Positions 41,862 to 55,200 of a DNA stretch of 60,000 nucleotides are shown here, one piece after another. This stretch comes from Vicugna vicugna (Eukaryota), in the NCBI GenBank assembly GCA_013265495.1, contig MU058714.1, forward strand, positions 1,366,001 to 1,426,000, in the 5' to 3' direction. The position numbers and the translations under genes are program-made. The notes below the pieces were generated by a model that searched no databases, had not been told where the DNA came from, and was given only the letters and a program-made list of their open reading frames with translations. Position 1 is the stretch's first letter; every line of letters starts with the position of its first letter.

Positions 41862-44800
41862 GTTGCGGGGGGGGGGAGGGGGGAGCCATTGCATCCTACC
41901 CCACCCCCCATGCCATGCCCTCTAGCCTCTTAGCCGACACAAGGGGTTCCCAGTAGTACACAGACAGGCTGGGGCCGTCCCCGCTGGCCAGGCCGGATTC
42001 CCCATCAGTTCAGGTCACTGCTGCCTCCCCCCGTCCCCATTCAGCAGCCCACAGCTCTGGCCAGGCCCTGGTCAGCCGCCATTTCCCCTTTCTGCTGCTG
42101 TTTCCAGAAGCAGGCACCACCGAGTCAGGTGGGAACGTGGCCTTGGGGGCCCGAACCATTGTCTTGCTCATTCCAGCTTTGACCACGTGGTTCTTGGATG
42201 GTAGGCCACAGAGGGTTTGGAGAAATTGGGTGGGTGCTGGTTGGGTCTGTGTCCTTGACCCAGACCCTACCCCCCTCCTCCCCACATGCAGGGTGCTCTA
42301 GAGGGCGCTGGAGGTCCCCAGGGCACCCTCAGAGAGGGGACTGGAGGGCCACGTGTCGCCTGCTCCTGGAGCCTGTTTTCACCCCCCTGGGAGACCAGAG
42401 AGACCTATTGTGTTTGGAGATGTTCAGCCCATTTGCAATGAGAAGGCTGGCCTAGAGGGCATCCAGTTCGAAACATCTGCCGCTGAAAGCCTTTTGAAAT
42501 TGCTGAAAGCCAGAATCTTGTATTGCTTTTTAAAATTTAGCTACATCAATTTTTTTAAAAGGAATGATACCCCAGACCACTTTGCTTTGGTCTGTATCTA
42601 TATATGATCTGGTTTAGAAAGAAAAAAGTATAATTAAGTTAAAAAAATTTTTTGCATCTTGTGTGTGGATTTCCAAATGGCCAGTTTGGCGGACTTTCTT
42701 CCCATTTCCGCGGATGGCTTCGGGTCCACAGGCCACGGCTGCAGCAACCCAGCCCGCCCCTCCCTGAACCGACGGCCCTGCTGAAAGGAAAATTACTCCG
42801 AGCTTCTTCCTATTTGTCCGGCTCCCACAGGGGAGCAGGATTCAGCCACCCGCGATGGAGTCTCTGGCGTCTGAGGATTGCTGGTCCCCGGCATGGCCAC
42901 CTGGCCTGGGCCAAGGTTCTCCCTCCCTGCCTGCCGCCTGTTCCTCTCCTCCCTCGTCCCCACCCAGCACTTTCAGAATGTCAGCTTGAGGGACCCTGAT
43001 GGGACGCTGGGCTCCAGGCTGCCTTCCATTGTTTTTCTAAAATGAAAGTGCTGGTGGCTTTATCACTGGGCTGTAGGGTTTTATGGTGAAGTGCTGCTCC
43101 AGTAACCTTGTCACCGAAAGGTGCAATTAAAATGTTTGGAATCATTATTTTTAGTGCAGTGTTAGATTTTGTCTCTAATACAGATGGTCTGGAGGCAAAG
43201 CTGTGAAATCTGGGGAGGGGGGGAATCAACAACGCACCAGCCCAAGATTTTTCACCAGCACTACTGCCGGGAGCGACTGGGGATGGCTCCTGTCCTCCGA
43301 GCGAGCTCCTTAGTAAGGAGGCAGCCAGGCCGGGAGGAGCCGGGTCCCCGCCCCCTCGTGCATCCCTCTCTATATGTACCCCCCCACCCCCGCCAGGGCG
43401 AGCCTTCAAGAATCACCTCCATCCAAGAGAGGCGGAGGACGCTTGGCTTCGGCACTCAGACCGCGGGTGGGTTCTCCTCTCCCCCCTTCTCCCGTCTTCT
43501 TTGGGGTGTAAACGCCCTGCCTGGAAGTCGGGTGCCCTGGGCCTGCTTTTCTTGGGAGTACAGGGAGCAGTTTCCCTCTGGTGGGAGGACCAAAAGCGCT
43601 TCTGATCGCCAATCTCAAAAGGGAGGAAAAAAGAAAAAGAAAAAGAAAAGAAAAACGCAGTAGAGGAAAAAAGATAATTTCCTGGTGTGAAAAGACTCCA
43701 TCAAAGGTTCCCCCTCCCTCCTCAAATGATATCTTTTTGTAAAGGGAAAAAAATACATTTTCGTAAATACCTCATTAACTCAATGACAGGATGGAGTGTT
43801 TCTGCAACAGTTACCAACATTAAGTAGGTGTGAAAAGAGTTACTTTCCGAAGACTACCCATCCTGCGCTGTACGTGACAGAAGCAGACATCAAAGCAGCA
43901 GCCGCCCTGCAGAGCCCGGAATCCAGGGCCTGGGGACCGGCTCGGCTGCGGCCGCCTCGCCTGCCCGGTGAAGCCATTTTTGGAATGTGGGTTTTTTCTC
44001 AGTGGGGCTTGTGCTGCCCCGTGTCTGATTATTCCTACCAGGATATTCCTATAGGAATATCCAGGTCACGTGAGCACTCAGGCAAATTAGCCAGTGAGGC
44101 AGGGAGCGGCCTTGCCCTCCCTCATCACCCCCAAACGCTCCCGTTTATTCTTAGAAATCTGCCTCCTCTGCCGCGAGACTGGGTTCAACAGCCCGCACAG
44201 ACAGGACAAAGCGCATAGGAGGCTGTTAGAATAACTTGGAGGGAGCTAAAAATACCCCTCAGAAACACACATAAAAAAGCCAAATCCAACAACAGAACGA
44301 GCTAAAAATATTCCAGGCTTTGGCAAAGAGCACAGAGTTAAATAAATTATACAAGAGCCATTCATGGGAGCAAGTTGACTTTCTCTCTTACGGGAACTTG
44401 GTTCAAGCTAATAAAAATAATAATTTACTGGCCACTGAGCTTTGCTTGAGTTTAGATTTAATTGGTGGGGCTTCTGGCATTTGTCACTTCTTGGCGATTA
44501 GTGGGCTTGCCTTGGCCTGGGGCGGGGTGGGGAGGGGTGCCAAGCCCTGGGTCCCTGGAAGCAGGGGCAGTGCTCCCCCACCGTCCCCCCTCCCCCAGGA
44601 GCAGGGCCTGGGGTGCCAGGCCGGGATGCCCAGGAGGCCAGGGGAGGAGAGAGGCCGCAGGGGAGTGGTCAGGGAAGGCAGAAAAGGGACAGGTAAGGCG
44701 CCACTATTTTAATTTGATAAATGATCGTACACCTTTAAGACTGTGTTTTAACAATCAAGATACACTCCAGCAAGTTGATAGGATGTTCGCTGTCAACTTA

Positions 44801-45248
44801 CATATGTCATCAGCGCGGGCTGTGAGCATAAATAACATTGGAGAGCGTGCGGGATAGGCGGCAGCCTCTCTAGGAGCCCAGCAGGCAGCACCCCCGTCTC
44901 TCCTGGTGTCTGGGGGCAGCTGCCAGAGGAGGACAGCAGTGGGGGGGCACTTCGGGCAGGGTCTTTGCTCTCTGGGGAGTTCCCAGATCTCCCTACCATA
45001 ATAAAAGCACCAGACGGGTTGCTCAGAAAAACCACCACAGTGTGATCTGAGGCTGGAATCGCACCATTGGCTGGTGTCTTTTCAGGGAGCAGATGTCTGA
45101 GTTCAGCCATTTCCCAGGAATGTCAAACTTCCACCCTGAAATGAGGGTCCTTTGCTCTCTCCTCTTCCTTGCTTGCTCTTGATGGAAAGCCCCCTCCCCC
45201 CCTTCCCCCTCTACCCGGAAATCCCAGCGGGCTCTCCTGACTCCCAGA

Positions 45249-45271
45249 GGACTACACTTCCCAGAATGCCC
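45249..45271 (+). promoter_or_regulatory. ZNF143/THAP11-type SBS motif
   Basis: GGACTACACTTCCCAGAATGCCC matches ACTACAnnTCCCAGAATGC. Confidence 0.6.
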
Positions 45272-48200
45272 TGGTCTGGCTCCCCGGTCTGAGCCTGGGA
45301 CTGGCCCTGAGCTGGAAATTCCCAAGCACAGCTAGAGTTCAGCCAGTGCCACTGGGAATGGGTGCTTTCTGGGGCGGAATGGGTCTTTGGTCGCCACCCC
45401 CAGTGCCCCCTTGCCCTTCCTCCTGAAGGAGGCCTCTGGGCCCCGCCTGGCTTCCTCCCTACCATAAATATCTGAATATAGGCCCCAACAGATGGGAGAG
45501 GCCCCTTGGCCCTGGGACCCTCTGCAGCGGGCAGCTGCCTTGACTGATGTGGCCAGAGCCCCAGGGGGATTCCCACCAGACGCCCTAATCGCAGCCCATT
45601 GCGTGTGGCCTTCTCATAGGGGCCCTGGTGACACTGGTCACGCGGGACTCCACTGGGGTGGCATCAGGGCTGTCTGCCTGGGGGTGGAGCCCAGGAGGAA
45701 ATCCTGCACAGCCTTTGGGGTGGCGCCCCACTCCTCAGCCTCACATCTGACAGCAGCAGCCCTGTAGATGCCCTGTCAACCAGCAGCCACCCTGGGTGAC
45801 TTCTGGTCAGTAGAGAACATCCCCCCAGAACAGAGGTGCTGCCTGAGGCCCCTCTGACGGCAGCCTGGCCCGTCATCACCCAGCCAGAGAAGTTCCCACA
45901 CAGGCTGCTGCTGGCAGCCTCTTGGAGGGGTGGCCTCCCAGGACAGCCCTTGGAAAAGACCCTGCTCGGAGGTCTTCATGAGGCCTCGAGCCACAGCTGG
46001 ACTTCAGGGCTTCGGGATGCAGATCATGCGCCCTGTCTGGCGTAGGTGACTTGCTAGGTGACTTGCAATGCGTGGATCCCACCTCCCTCATCCGCTGGGG
46101 ATTGGCTCCCTGGGGTTCCCGGGTCCCCGTTAACCTCTGGGGCCTCCTGTCTCCCACCTAAGATGCAGGATTACAAGCAGCCAACAAAATCACAAGGAGC
46201 ATGCACGATCTAGCCGCCCCCCTCCGCCGCAGCCCCGGGCTGCACCGAGGAAGGTACGGGCTTGGAGCCCGCGCTCCACGGCCGCGGCTCGGCCTCGGCT
46301 TTGACTCCCTGCCCGCTGACGTTTTTATGGGATAATATACCGTTTAGATCACGCAGGCCTATTTGTCAGTGGGCTGCCCCTGTTTGTTGTAATATATAAT
46401 ATTACTGCCTCCCGTGGCCCTGCGAGCAGCTGCCACTGGAGGACGGGGACTAGTTGGTGGGAACTGGGCGTGGGCTTAGAGGGGGTGCCGGGTTGGGGAT
46501 TGCCTGGGCCCCGCTTATGTGGTCGGCGTGGGTTTGCAGCAGTCGCGGGCCTGGGGGGGCGGTGTCCAGTGCCCAAGCCGGGAGCCAGCCGGGCTGGCAT
46601 CTCAGGGCTGCTGCAGCTGTCTAGACGATTAGGTTCCAGATTGGATCAGCCAGGAAGCTTTTTTTTTTCACATTCTGACCTCGGTTAGGGGAAGAGGAGG
46701 AGGAATGAACAGGTGGGTTGGGTTCCCTGCCCCCTCTCCCCTCCCCCAGCCCCCAAAACAAAGAGTTCAGTGTCTTTAGATCCAAAGACTTTTGAGGCTG
46801 ATGGGGGCGGGATGGGGGTGACTGTGTGCCTGAAAGTGGAAGGAGAGTTGAAGCAGCCCCTCTCCAACCTCAGTGCAGGAACTTGGTTTTCACTAGAAAT
46901 TACCAGAACTCAGAGGAGGGGCAGAGGTTGGGTGTGCCTTCTTGGGGCCCCCCGCCAGGTGGAAGCCGCAGCCACACTGAGTAAGGACTAGTAAGGACTT
47001 CTGTTGTCTTCTTGGGAAAAGGCGGTCTTGGCTGGATCCCTTTGCTCCTCCTTCCGGGAAGCCAGGGCCCTCCTTCCCTGGGACTTCCATGGGCATCTCT
47101 GGGGAGGGGACCACGGCCCCCAAATCCCAGAGCCAGGCCAGGCAGGGCACCCCTACCCTTGAGGCAGGCGTGCTGGGAGCACAGCTGGTTCGAGGTGAAA
47201 GGAAGGCAGATTAGGGACCGCTGGACAAGAGACCCATGGAGCAGAGCCCAGGGCTGCACTGTCAGGCTGGTACCCACCTGGCCCAGTCTGTGTCCCTGTT
47301 GTGGACAGAGGTTTAGGCCTACCCTGCAGACCCTGACGTCCCCACGGCCCAGCCCGCGCATTCACCGGCCTAGCTCATAGGAGCCCGCAGTGTGGGTCAC
47401 ACCCGGCTCACATGAGCTCGCACCCTGGGCAGGTCTTCATGCTCACACCTGCTCCCACTCACGCACGCTCACAGCTGGCCTTCAAGGAATCACATCCCAG
47501 TTGGGCCCACTGATCGGAATGTGTGTTCTGGTCTGTCTCCATTTCCCGCCACCTGCTCCATCCTTCAGCTCCTGGCCACCTGCTGGGGTGGAGCCAGAGG
47601 GTCCCCAGCGACTCTCGACTCTTGGTGGCGGACTCGAGCACCGACGGGCGGGGCTAGGTGCCCTCCCCGGCTCCGGCCCCTTCCTTCCCTCTGTCCCTGT
47701 GGAACCTGTTGTCTGGCTCCTGCTTCGAATGAACCTGTCCCCATATCCAGTCCCTCCGTGAGAGACGGTCCTCCTCCAGGAGACGCTGGTCAGCTGCCCT
47801 GCCCAGCCCCCACCCGCAGGTCAGCCGTGAGCCTCCAGCCCCGCTTTCCTTCCCCTCCAGGTCTCTCTAACCCAAGCCCCCCACCCCCCGCACTTGAGGT
47901 CGGCTCCCGCCCATCACCCTTGTCATTCCACTGTCCCTGAGGTTCCCGGTGCTCAGCACAGGCCTCAGCCACCGTGCTCCCCTCTTTACTGCCCCAGGTG
48001 CCTTCTCTGCTCCCTGCCCCTCCTGGAGCACCCCCCAGCCGGCTCCCCCCCAGGCAGCCCAGACATCGGCCAGTGCCCAGGCCCTCCCCAACCCGGTTCT
48101 GATCCACAGCTGGCACTGGAGGGTCACGGCCTCATGTCCTTCAGACCCCCAGGTGATTCTGACGTGCAGCCTGGTGGAGAACGGCGGCTCCACCCAGGCC

Positions 48201-51200
48201 CACCATCCTGACCGTGTCCCCCAGTTCTTCTCACACACCACCACCCCCTTCTTCCCAGGAGGCCCCCTGGGCCTCCAGCGCATCTCTGTCCCACACGGTC
48301 CATGACGTCTGGCCCTGACCAGAACAGCAGTCTGTCCCGCCAGTCCTTGCCGCAGCCCCCGCCTGCTCCACACAGGCCACCTTCCCAGTGGGACCCCAAG
48401 GTCCTGAGTCTGCATGTCCACCCCTCCATCCCTCTTCCCCCCAGAGCAGGGCCGGGCAGTCGCTGGCCCCCCGCGCAGGACGGCAGGGGCCAAGACGGGG
48501 TGCACGTGCCCATCCATGCTTGGGTAAAACGCGCACGTGCCTGTGGGTGGGGAGAGAAGCCCTGTGTGGCTTTTTCCCTGCAGTTTCACCCCCACACCGG
48601 AAAATCGGGATGGTAACCCTGACTCCGGGAGAACTTAGGAGGAGGAGGGTGGGGGACGCCGGGATCCGAACTGGCCCTAGTCTCTTCCCTAAAACCAAGG
48701 TGCCCTCCCCCACACCCGTCCACCATGGGGACATTGACGCTGGCAGCGCCCCCTACGTGTTCCCAGCCTGTGTGGCCAACCCCCAGGGACCAGGTCAGCA
48801 TCCCCTCAGCTTCCAGAAGCGTCTTCTGTTGTCTGCAGAGGCTCCCAGCCTGTGTGCACTATGTTTTGAAAAGGTGTCAGAGCAAAACAGATTGGCAGAG
48901 AGAACTGTCCCCTTCCTCTTAGTGTCAGGGGGTGAGGGGCAGCAGGGAAAAGGCCCCTGGGCAGTGCAGCCTGGCGTCACCTGCATGGCCTGGGAGCCGG
49001 CCCCTGGGTGCACACGTAAAGTTGTGTAGCAGACAGAGAGGGCCAGTGGGGATAGGACCTGGCGGAGCAGCGGCTGGCCGGGCTCCGGGTGGGGCCGCTT
49101 CCTGTCTGCCCCGTGCCTGGTCCCCACAGGCGGCTCCCTAGCTGCCGGCGTGGGGTTCTGTGTGTGGTGGAGCACCGATGATTGGAGGGCAGGCGCTGGC
49201 AGCTTCACCTGGGCCACAGGTGCTGGAGGGTGAGGAGGGACAGATGCTGGGGGGGAGCTGCCCACTCCCCCACCCCTCTTCCCTCCGAGGTGGCTGTGCA
49301 GGCAGGGGCTGGTGGGCAACCAGCAAAAGGGAAATGAGGGTGGGGGAGAGACAAGGGGTGGGGCTGTGGCCCCTCGCCTTGTGCGGCATCTCTGTCCCGG
49401 GCAGGCTTCTCTGCGCCTCCCACTTCTAAAGTGAGCTGGTGGGGAGGCTTTGCTGAAGGGCCGGGACAGGCACAATCCTGGAGGGGTGCCCCGCCCCCGC
49501 TGTCCGTGCCACCGGGCTTCCCCATCCCCAGCCAGCTGGTCCTGGGGGCCCACGTCCTCAGGATGTGCCCAGAGTGCCTGGACCTCGGGCCTCACAGGAG
49601 GGGCTCCTCTGGGAACAGGCAGGGCCCCCCTCATGGGTCGCAGTCCCTCCAGCCCCTCTCCGTGGTGCCTGCCTTGAGGTCCTGCTGTCTTGTGGCCTCA
49701 GTATGACCGCAGAGTTAGGAAATGGGGGCCCTTGCTCCTGCACCCGGGCGCTGGGGTCCAGCCGCACCCCTGCACGGCCTCCCTTACCCTCTGCCTGTGT
49801 GGGCTTTGGCTGCTGGGGCCAGAGGCTGGAGGTGGCAGCTCGCAGCGCCGGGAGGTGAGCGCTGGGGCCCTCACGGGAGTGTGACGTCATGGGGATGGGG
49901 TGCTCTGAGGCTCTGGGTCAAAGCGGGAGGATCATGGAGGCCCCCGCGGAAAAGAAAGTCCTGGACCCACACATGGAGCTGGGGGACCCCGGGCTGCTCG
50001 GCCTGGGGGGGAGTGGAGGCTCCTGGGTGCCCCCTCACTAGGGACACTGCATGAGCCAGGGGTGAGGCTGGCTGTACGCGAGCACTGCGGATCTCCCGGG
50101 CCTGGTCTCAGGACCCCGGGGCGTTCCTCAGGAGGCTGCTTCTGCAGCTGCTCTTTCTTCTGTGACTTACCTGTCTGCACGTGAAGAGATGCCGGGGCCA
50201 GCCTGGCGGGTCAAGGTCCCAGCCTCTGGGGGAGGCCTGAGGGTTTCTCCTCTCACCACCCATCCGTCCCGGAGCCACCCTCCTGGTCCTCAGCCCCCAG
50301 CCCTCCCCAGCGTGGGTGTGCCCTGCAGGGCCTGAGCGGCTCCCCCTTTTGTGCACCCCAAACCCTGACCCCAGACAGGCACCAGTGCCCAGACCTGCGT
50401 TCAGTTCAGGCCAGGGAGGAGGGAGGAGGTCGGTGGGAAGCCAGTGACTAGAGGAGGAGAACGGGTCACCGATCCACTGCTGGCCAGCTCTGTCCTCTGC
50501 CGCTCAATCCTCCCTCCCTCAGATCACTCCTGCCTCTCTGTCCCCGCCGGCAGCTTCAGAGCTGTGCCGGCCCGTTGTCCTAACCCGTGCAGATCTGCTG
50601 GCCACTCTGGTGTGGGTGCAGAGGGACCCCAGGTGCGGCCCCCGCTGCGGCAGTTCGGACCTGTGTGTCCTCTCCAGCACTCAGACTTCAGGCCCTTCCA
50701 CTCTGCCTGCCTGCCTGCCCCAGTGTGAGCCTCACCGCTGTCCCCAGAGCATTGGCTGTTCTCTGAGGCCTTCACAGCCCTCTGCCTTGCAGACCCCCAC
50801 CACAGCCTGCACACCCCCTCGGGGCCCTTCCCCATGAGCCGAACCTCTCCAGGGCCCGGGCATTCCCCTCCCCCAGGCAGGCAGCACTCACGTCCCTGTA
50901 CCCTGGAAGGCGCCTTGCACTCAGCATGGCTCGGGCCCCAGATGCCTCCTCCATCACTCCCCATAGGGCCCTGGCGGGCCAGCAGGCAGGGGATTCAGGA
51001 CCGAGGTTTGGATGTGGCTGCGAGGAGGACAGGACCGGGGCTCCCGCCAGCCTCCTGGCCTCACGGCGCCGTGCAGAAGGGTGTGTGCACAGCCCTCATC
51101 GCCCTGCACGGGACAGAGGGGAAGGAGCCGGACTCCGTGCTCCCACAGGACACGCTGGTCTGCTTAGCAGGGCAGCTGCCCTGTCCAGCCTGCCTGCCAC

Positions 51201-51888
51201 ACTCCCGGCCAGCAGGTCACTCCAGGGCAGTTTGCCTGAGGCCAGCCCCCTTTTTGAGACTTTTTGCATCCCTTTGGGTCTCCTAAAAATAAGCTTTTAA
51301 TTTGTTTTAAATTAATATTAAAATTAAATCTAAATTAAATTGTAACGCATCATTTGGGGGAACTCTTAAAAGGCCCTTAATGAGTGTGAATACATATAAA
51401 ACCAAGAAAAGTTGGGAAGGTGCACATGAGGCCCTCCCGTCCTTTATAAAGCATTGCAGACTTGATGATAAATCCTTAGTAGAAATTCAAAATTATTGAG
51501 TCCGGAGGGCTCTTGTGTGGGAGGTGTGTAAATAGTCCGTAGGGAGTCGAACAAAGAGCGGGGGAGACAGGGTTAGCAGGGACCTCCACGCTGCTTGTCC
51601 GCACAGTAGTCAAGGGCTGAAGTGTCCCGGGCTTGGCTTGAAAGGGAAACTGGCTCCGTGACATGGGGGCTGAGGGTGCCTCTGCGTGTCTGGGTCTCGG
51701 GGGTTGGAGGGCTGCCTTCCAGGTTGGGAGAACTTCACACATAAACCTGGGTTTCTGACTTTCCTGCAGAAGCAGATCTGCTCCCTCTTGGTCCTTCCTT
51801 GACCTTCCTGAAGGTTCCTTCTCTGCTCTAGGCTCCACTGTAAATTCTCCCCCTGCACCACCCCCCATCCCATCCCATTGCTTCTCTA

Positions 51889-52278
51889 TGTATTGGTTAG
51901 CTATTGCTGTGTAACAGATCGTCCCAAACTTAGCAGCTCGAAACAGCAAACTGTCATCACTTCACAGTTTCTGGGGAGTGGGAATCTGGGTAAGGGTGTC
52001 AATCCAGGCTGCAGCTGTGGGGGATCCCCTTCCAAGCTCCTCCATGTGACTTTTGCAAGCCTCAGGTCCTTGTTGGTGGCTGGCTGGAGACAGGGGTTCC
52101 TTCCCTGGGGACCTTCTGTTGGGCTACTGTAGTCATTTTATAACCTCATCTCCAAAGGGCTGTCCCCTTACTCTTGCGGTGTTCTTTTCATAGAAGTGAG
52201 TCCAGTCCCACCCATGTTCAAGGGAAGGGGATTCAATAAAGGCATGAATACCAGGGTTCAGAGGTCATTGGGGGCCCA
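51889..52278 (-). mobile_element. MLT1F/G-type LTR in BAHCC1 intron 2
   Basis: tgtattggttagctattgctgtgtaaca...cccaaacttagcagct...ttttataacctcatctc...caagggaagggga...ggcatgaataccagg. Confidence 0.85.
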
Positions 52279-55200
52279 AGGTTGACCCCACTAGGGGCAG
52301 GGTCCATTTGGACCTGACCTGTGGCTATAGCTGCCCCTGTATGCTGACCTTGCCCAGGTCCCCTCCAAAGCCTGGCTCCTCCCTGTCCTCTGACTGCTGG
52401 CTGGCTGGGCGCACTGGGGTGGTCCCTCTCCTCCCTGCTGACCCTTGCATGTGACCTGGCTGAACCACTGGAAGCACCTTCTCTCTCACCCAGCATCTGT
52501 CCCCTCATGTCCAGCTCCAGGACTGTCATCACTTCCTTGCTAGCGACTCCACTCTGGCCTGTCCTCTTTGAAAGGCTGGTCCCCACTCGGTGGAGGGCCC
52601 CCCGAGACAAATGCGACCTGCCCTCTGCTGGCGGGCATTGCTGTCCATGGCTGTCAGACGTCTGCTCCGAGACAGGCCATGAACAGGCCAGGGAGATGGC
52701 CCCAAGCAGCCACAGGGCCAGCATGGGTCACCGAGAGGTCTGAGGGCCACTGTGGGAGGCCAGGGTGCCCAGGCAGCCTGTGGCTTCCTCGGATTCCAGG
52801 GTGAGGGTGTGTGACCCTGCACGCTGCAGCCACTCAGTGGCTGTTTGTCTAACGGATGAGCCGGGTTAGAGTTTCATGCTCTGGGTGGGGCTCTGGGCTC
52901 GGGCTGTGGCTTGGGTGACTGAGGTCTTGTGCTGTCCGGTCTGGGCAGCACCCTCGTCCGGTCTCCCCACGCCAGTGGCCTGCCCTAATGAGGTCAGCAG
53001 GTGCCCCGGGTTTACCCGGGCACTCCCCCTGGATTGCCCAAAGCCGACGGAGACTCCCCATTGGGAGTGGGGACCAGGTGGCCAGAGGGTCATGGTGCAT
53101 CCTGAGGTCTCCAGACCCCCCAAGACTGTGGTGGGGGGTGCCCCCTGGGGACCCCGGCTGCCCGGGAAGCCCAGCCCAGAGCCCTGTCCGCCAGCTGGCA
53201 GCAGAGCCTCTTCTGCACACGACACTTGCTCAGATCCTTGAGTGTGACTGGGGCGAGGGGGCCAGTCCTCAGGCTCTGGGCTGGGTCCCCTGCCGCCCCC
53301 TGCCAGGGGCAGGTAGGGTCCAGGTGGCAGAGGCTCAGCAAGGCCCCTTGCTTGTCCCATGTTCACATAAGGAGCCACTCGGGAGCACAGGCCGTCCTGT
53401 GGGGGGTCCAAGGCGGGTCTTCTGCCGGAGCGCCCCCTCACCAACGGCAGCTGCCCCGGCTCGCCTTGAGCTGGGGGCTGGGGGCCCAGGCTGTGGGGGA
53501 GCTGTGGGGCGGGGGGTCTCCTCTCCATTGGGATCTTCCGCTGGGCCTCCCCGAGCCTGGCCCCCCTCTAGCTCCCCTGGACTGGCTGTCACTCATTCCC
53601 CATTCGGGGAGCTGTCCCGTCCTGCCCCAGGGCCGCTTCTGTGTCCTGGGGGCCCCCAGATGAGTGGGGTGCACTTTTTCCACCCCAGAAACAGGTCCCC
53701 TCACCCTGGTCCCCTGGAGGATTCCCAGAAACACCGTGGTTTTGCCTCGAAGCCTGGAGGCTTGCTTCCTGCACGTGCCGTGTGTCTTTAGAGGCTACGG
53801 TGTTATCTCTGTGCTTCAAAGGGGGCAGAGTGGCTTGTCACGGCAGCTCAGCTGTTAGGGAAACTGCGGGGCTACGGAGCCCCAGCTGCACCCCTGCCCC
53901 CCAATCTCCCGCTCGCAGAGGGGTGGGAGGGTTGCCCCCAGCAGCGCAGCATGAGGGGATCCCCACCACCCAGCAGGCTTCCCCCTGCGTGCTCCTCCCA
54001 CCAGGAGCGAAGGGCCGCCCCGGTGCCAGGCCTTTCCCGCTTCAGGTGAGGAGGCCAGGTCTGCTGAGAGCCTCAGAAGGCAGGGACGTCGTGCGGAGGG
54101 GTGGCCCGTCAGAAGGTGGGTTCCCGGGAGGTCTGTGCTGGGAGAGGCCCCCCACCCCGCTCTGCGGGGAGTGAGTTGGCAGCGCTGGCTCTGGGTGTTG
54201 TGCGGCCCGCGGTCTGGTCCCCCCAGGGCCCACCTCGGTGATTTGGCCTCCTCTGCATCTCTTGGACGCATCGCGCCTGCTCTCTCCGCAGCGCACCTGG
54301 GCCTCCTCACGGGCAGGCTGGGCAGGGGCTTGGCGGGCAGCCCCGGGCACCCGCACCAGGGCCGGGCAGTCCTGCTGAGAAGCAAGCAGCGTGTTACATC
54401 AGTCAAGGCCCCGCACCCCGCGTCCTGTGTCCCTCTGTGCACAGAGCAGTTGTGCTGCTTCTCACCACGGGGGCTCTCCTCTCCGCGCCCCGGCTCCTCT
54501 CGGCCTGCACCTTTGCCCTGGGCTTCTCTCCGCTTCCCTGCCCTTCCTGCTGGTCACTCCCATTCAAGGGGCCCCTGGGGCAAAGCCCTGAGGGTGGGAG
54601 GTCGGTCCTGAGCGAGCCCCTTGCCAGGGCCAAGGGTGGCCATGTGCCGACGAGGCTGGAGTGTTGGAGTCAGGGCTCAAGTCCTGGTGTCCCTCTGGCC
54701 GCCCCACCTTGCCTGTGACCCTGCTCTGTGCAGCGCCCCTGGCCAGCCTGCTCCTCCCTGTTTCTCTCCTGTCTCTCTCCTCCCACCCTGATTCCTCCAC
54801 GGGGCTGGGTTCCCAGGACTGTGGGCTAGCCCGGGGCCCCCCACGTGGCTGGAGGTGCATGGGTGCTTGGAGGCGTGGCCTGGGGCGGAGTGGAGGGTCT
54901 CATAGCGGTGGAAAGCTGTAAGGCGAAGACCTGCACTGTGAAGAGGGGTGATCAGGCTGGGTTTTGTGGAGGAGGCTGGGTGTATACTGAGTCTCAAGAG
55001 ACAGAGTTGGGGAGGGCTGTTCTCCTTAAAAGGGCAGCACTGGAGTGTGAGTCTCAGTGTGGCTGGATCGAGCTGTAACTGAAGCAGTTGGCTGGGAAAT
55101 GAAGACAGCAGCAGGAACTCGGGGAGTTTCTTGAGAAAGGGAGGACAGTGGGCTGATCTGTGCGAGTCTGTGGAGGTCCTGGGTGTCCCTCCTGCCCCCA

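Noticed and set aside
46043..46999. Short tandem duplications (taggtgacttgc x2 at 46043; agtaaggact x2 at 46980)
   Set aside because: Ordinary slippage duplications with no sign of function
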